Shown piece by piece: positions 6,966 through 8,974 of a DNA stretch of 8,974 nt. The translations under genes were made by a program, and so were the position numbers. The stretch spans positions 280,885-289,858 of the forward strand of contig RQSC01000006.1 in NCBI GenBank assembly GCA_013416795.1. Reading direction: 5' to 3'. Numbering within the stretch: position 1 is the first letter of the stretch; each line of letters starts with the position of its first letter. Under the pieces are notes generated by a model that saw nothing but the letters and a program-made list of their open reading frames with translations, was not told the DNA's origin and searched no databases. The DNA is from Prasinococcaceae sp. CCMP 1430 (lineage: Eukaryota > Plantae > Prasinodermophyta).

Positions 6966-6995
6966 GGGGGGCGGGGGGGGGATGGGGGGAAGGGG
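6966..6995 (+). other. Canonical G-quadruplex motif G6-C-G9-AT-G6-AA-G4
   Basis: Four runs of at least 4 G with 1-2 nt loops, between the gene D stop and the gene C start. Confidence 0.6.
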
Positions 6996-7249
6996 TGTGC
7001 CCGGAGCGATGGGCTGGGGCGCGCCTCGGGCACGGTGCGCGCGCGCGCGGCGGCCGCTGCTGCGCTGGGCGATGGGCATCGGCTCGCTGCACGGAGCCCG
7101 CTGAGGGGAAATGGTCGGTGTCGTTGCACTTGCCTATCAGTGCAAGCGAAGAAAGGAAGAAGGGGGTGTCGCGGCGCGATGGTGGTGGGGGTCTACTACT
7201 AATTGCCCTCCGCGCGCGGTGCCCGTCGCCACTCGCACGGTCACGCCGC

Positions 7250-8974
7250 CTACGGGACAGGCACCGGATCGGGCACCGCGATGGGCGCCTTGGTGGGCGC
7301 GTCGGGGGGGAGGCACCCCACCGGCACGAGCTCGGCCCACAGGCCCACGACTCTCTCTTGGCCCTCGGGAGTCCAGAAGTGCTTGGTGTCCAGCTCGAAG
7401 GTCTCGATGTCCAGCGTCATCTCCCCCACGAGCGGGAAGACCCTGAAGAAGGGCTTGATCGCGTAGTCGATGCGGCCTGCGGCGCCGGGCAGGCTGATGA
7501 TCGTCGGAGTCTTGTTGATGATGGAGACCTTGTCGGGGCACAGCTTGACGCAGCCCAACCCCCCCTCCGGGCAGACCTCCTCCGGAGGGGTGAGGCCGGC
7601 GAGCTCGCCCGCTGGGGGCAGGCCGTCCCGGAGGAAGTCGGGCAGAGCGTAGCACGTGCCGTTGTTGGGCCACTGGTCCGGATCGTTGGTGGTGGACAGC
7701 AGCTTGATCGGCACGTCGACCGTCACAGTCCCGTCGGGCACGCCAAACGGCGGGGGGGTTATGATGACGTCGAAGGAGGCGATCACCGTGTACAGGTAGG
7801 GGGGGTCAACCGGGGTGTTGTCGTACGAGAAGCTGCTGGCGAGCTGGAACTTCGTGCGCGGCTTGTCGCAGTCGGGGGTGCACTGCACGGGCGCCTTGGT
7901 GGGCCCGCCTTGGAGGGGACCCGTGCAGAAGGAGCTGCGCTCGTCGAAGGGGATGCCAAACTCCGTCGTGGGCGTGCCCCAGAAGACGCCGTTGGGGCGC
8001 TCGAGGCTCTCGCAGTCCTTCAGCTCGGGCAGCGACGCGTTGGGAGGGGGCCTGTGCTGCACCGTCGGGCGCGAGAACTTGCCGGTCGCGTCGTCGATGA
8101 GAAAGGCTCCAAAGTACGTGGCTTCCGGCTCGAAGCAGGGGTTGAACGCCGGCGACTTCGTGGGCACGGCGGGCGACTTGGTGGGCGCCGCGGTCGGGGC
8201 GGCCGTGGGGTTGGCGGTCGGGCGGCGCGTGGGGGCCTCCGTCGGCGGGGCGGGGCGCGTGGGCGCGGCCGGCAGCGGCTCGCGGGTGGGCGCCACGGGC
8301 CCCACCGGCACGATGGGCGCGTCGGTGGGCGGCTCCACGGGCGCCGGGGTAGGGGGCGGGCGCTCGGTGGGGCTGGGCGTCGGGCTGGTGGTGGGCGAGG
8401 CGGTGGGCCTGCGCGTGGGGTTGACGGTCGGGTAGGCGGTCGGGTTGGCGGTTGGGTTGTGCGTGGGCGAGTCGGTGGGCGCCTTGGTGGGGCGCGGGCA
8501 GGCGCCGCACACCTGGCAGGCGCCGGGGCAGCAGTCGCCGCTCAGGTCGCACTGCGAACGGGGTTTGGGGGTGTCGGGTGGACGTGTGTGCAGAGCGCGG
8601 CGAGGTCAGTGCTCGGGTCGACCGCGGCGGTGTGGGCGACGCGCGCTCGCTCAAACAGCCCGCTGCGCGCCGCACCTGCTCGTCGCAGTAGCAGCCCGAG
8701 GGGAGCTGCTTGCCGCAGGTGCGCAGCGTGCAGCGCTCGTTGGAGACGGGCGACTTGGTGGGGCTCTTGGTGGGAGGCTCGAGCGGCGCGTAGGTGGGCT
8801 TGACTGGCACCGCTGGCGCCTCGGTAGGCCCCTTGCCGGGCACTACGGGGGCATCGGTCACCGGCCTGTAGGTACGCGCGGGCGCCTCGGTGGGGTAGGG
8901 GCGCGTCATGACGGCTCCTGCGTCGCGCGCGGCGAGGAGCGCCGCGACGGCCGCCACGACGGCCGCCGCGACCG
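7250..8974 (-). CDS. Secreted mucin/extensin-like Pro-Thr-rich protein with a somatomedin-B-like Cys module and a C-terminal choice-of-anchor K / THxN-like beta domain; 5' end outside the window; exons >8974-8676 and 8551-7250
   Basis: The frame is open to the window edge and reads VAAAVVAAVAALLAARDAGA|V, like a signal peptide h-region and cleavage site. PT(K/E/A/D)(A/S)P repeats flank the spliced module CTLRTCGKQLPSGCYCDEQ|CDLSGDCCPGACQVCGAC, which has the SMB core C-x-CD-x2-C-x3-GDCC. A globular region at ~8137-7313 carries N-glycosylation sequons NAS, NGT and NKT. Strong GC3 bias. TAG at 7252-7250. Confidence 0.85.
8552..8675 (-). other. Intron of gene D (124 nt, phase 0)
   Basis: Donor CAG|GTGCGG at 8675 and acceptor TTCGCAG|TGC at 8552. 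Splicing joins two ORFs in different frames and completes the Cys module. Confidence 0.9.

Noticed and set aside
7806-8675. C-terminal part of the 383 aa ORF 7806-8957
   Set aside because: After CDEQ it reads through the intron into the wrong frame. The spliced frame gives the Cys module and Pro/Thr repeats.
6845-8803. 652 aa plus-strand ORF and other long plus-strand ORFs (5389-6882, 1561-2469, 921-1568, 1943-2824)
   Set aside because: They are antisense shadows of real minus-strand genes in very GC-rich DNA, with Arg/Gly/Ala-rich translations and no domain motifs.
475-8974. The four same-strand genes as an operon or a single pathway
   Set aside because: The predicted functions and locations are unrelated, and each gene has its own intergenic island. 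Four genes in one orientation occurs readily by chance.

Overview
This is very GC-rich eukaryotic nuclear DNA with short GT-AG introns. The style is consistent with a haptophyte such as a Pavlovales alga, but the taxon is inference only. Four genes lie head-to-tail on the minus strand. (A) A 3-exon MAPEG family microsomal glutathione S-transferase-like gene (475-1420). (B) A ~802 aa, largely disordered coiled-coil protein with one C-terminal transmembrane helix and a 15 aa tail ending LPPT, which looks like a KASH-type nuclear envelope protein (1876-4284). (C) A Sel1-like repeat protein with a C-terminal MYND zinc finger (5353-~6687). (D) A 5'-truncated secreted Pro/Thr-rich protein with a somatomedin-B-like Cys module and a C-terminal beta-rich domain resembling the bacterial choice-of-anchor K / THxN PEP-CTERM surface domain (7250->8974). 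Intergenic regions hold a 317 bp compound (CA)n repeat with higher-order units, a ~120 bp-period duplication, G-quadruplex motifs, AT-rich islands with shared motifs, a 14 bp palindrome and an orphan acidic coding-like segment. Most other ORFs in the track are GC-driven shadows. All family calls come from reading motifs by eye; no database search was run.
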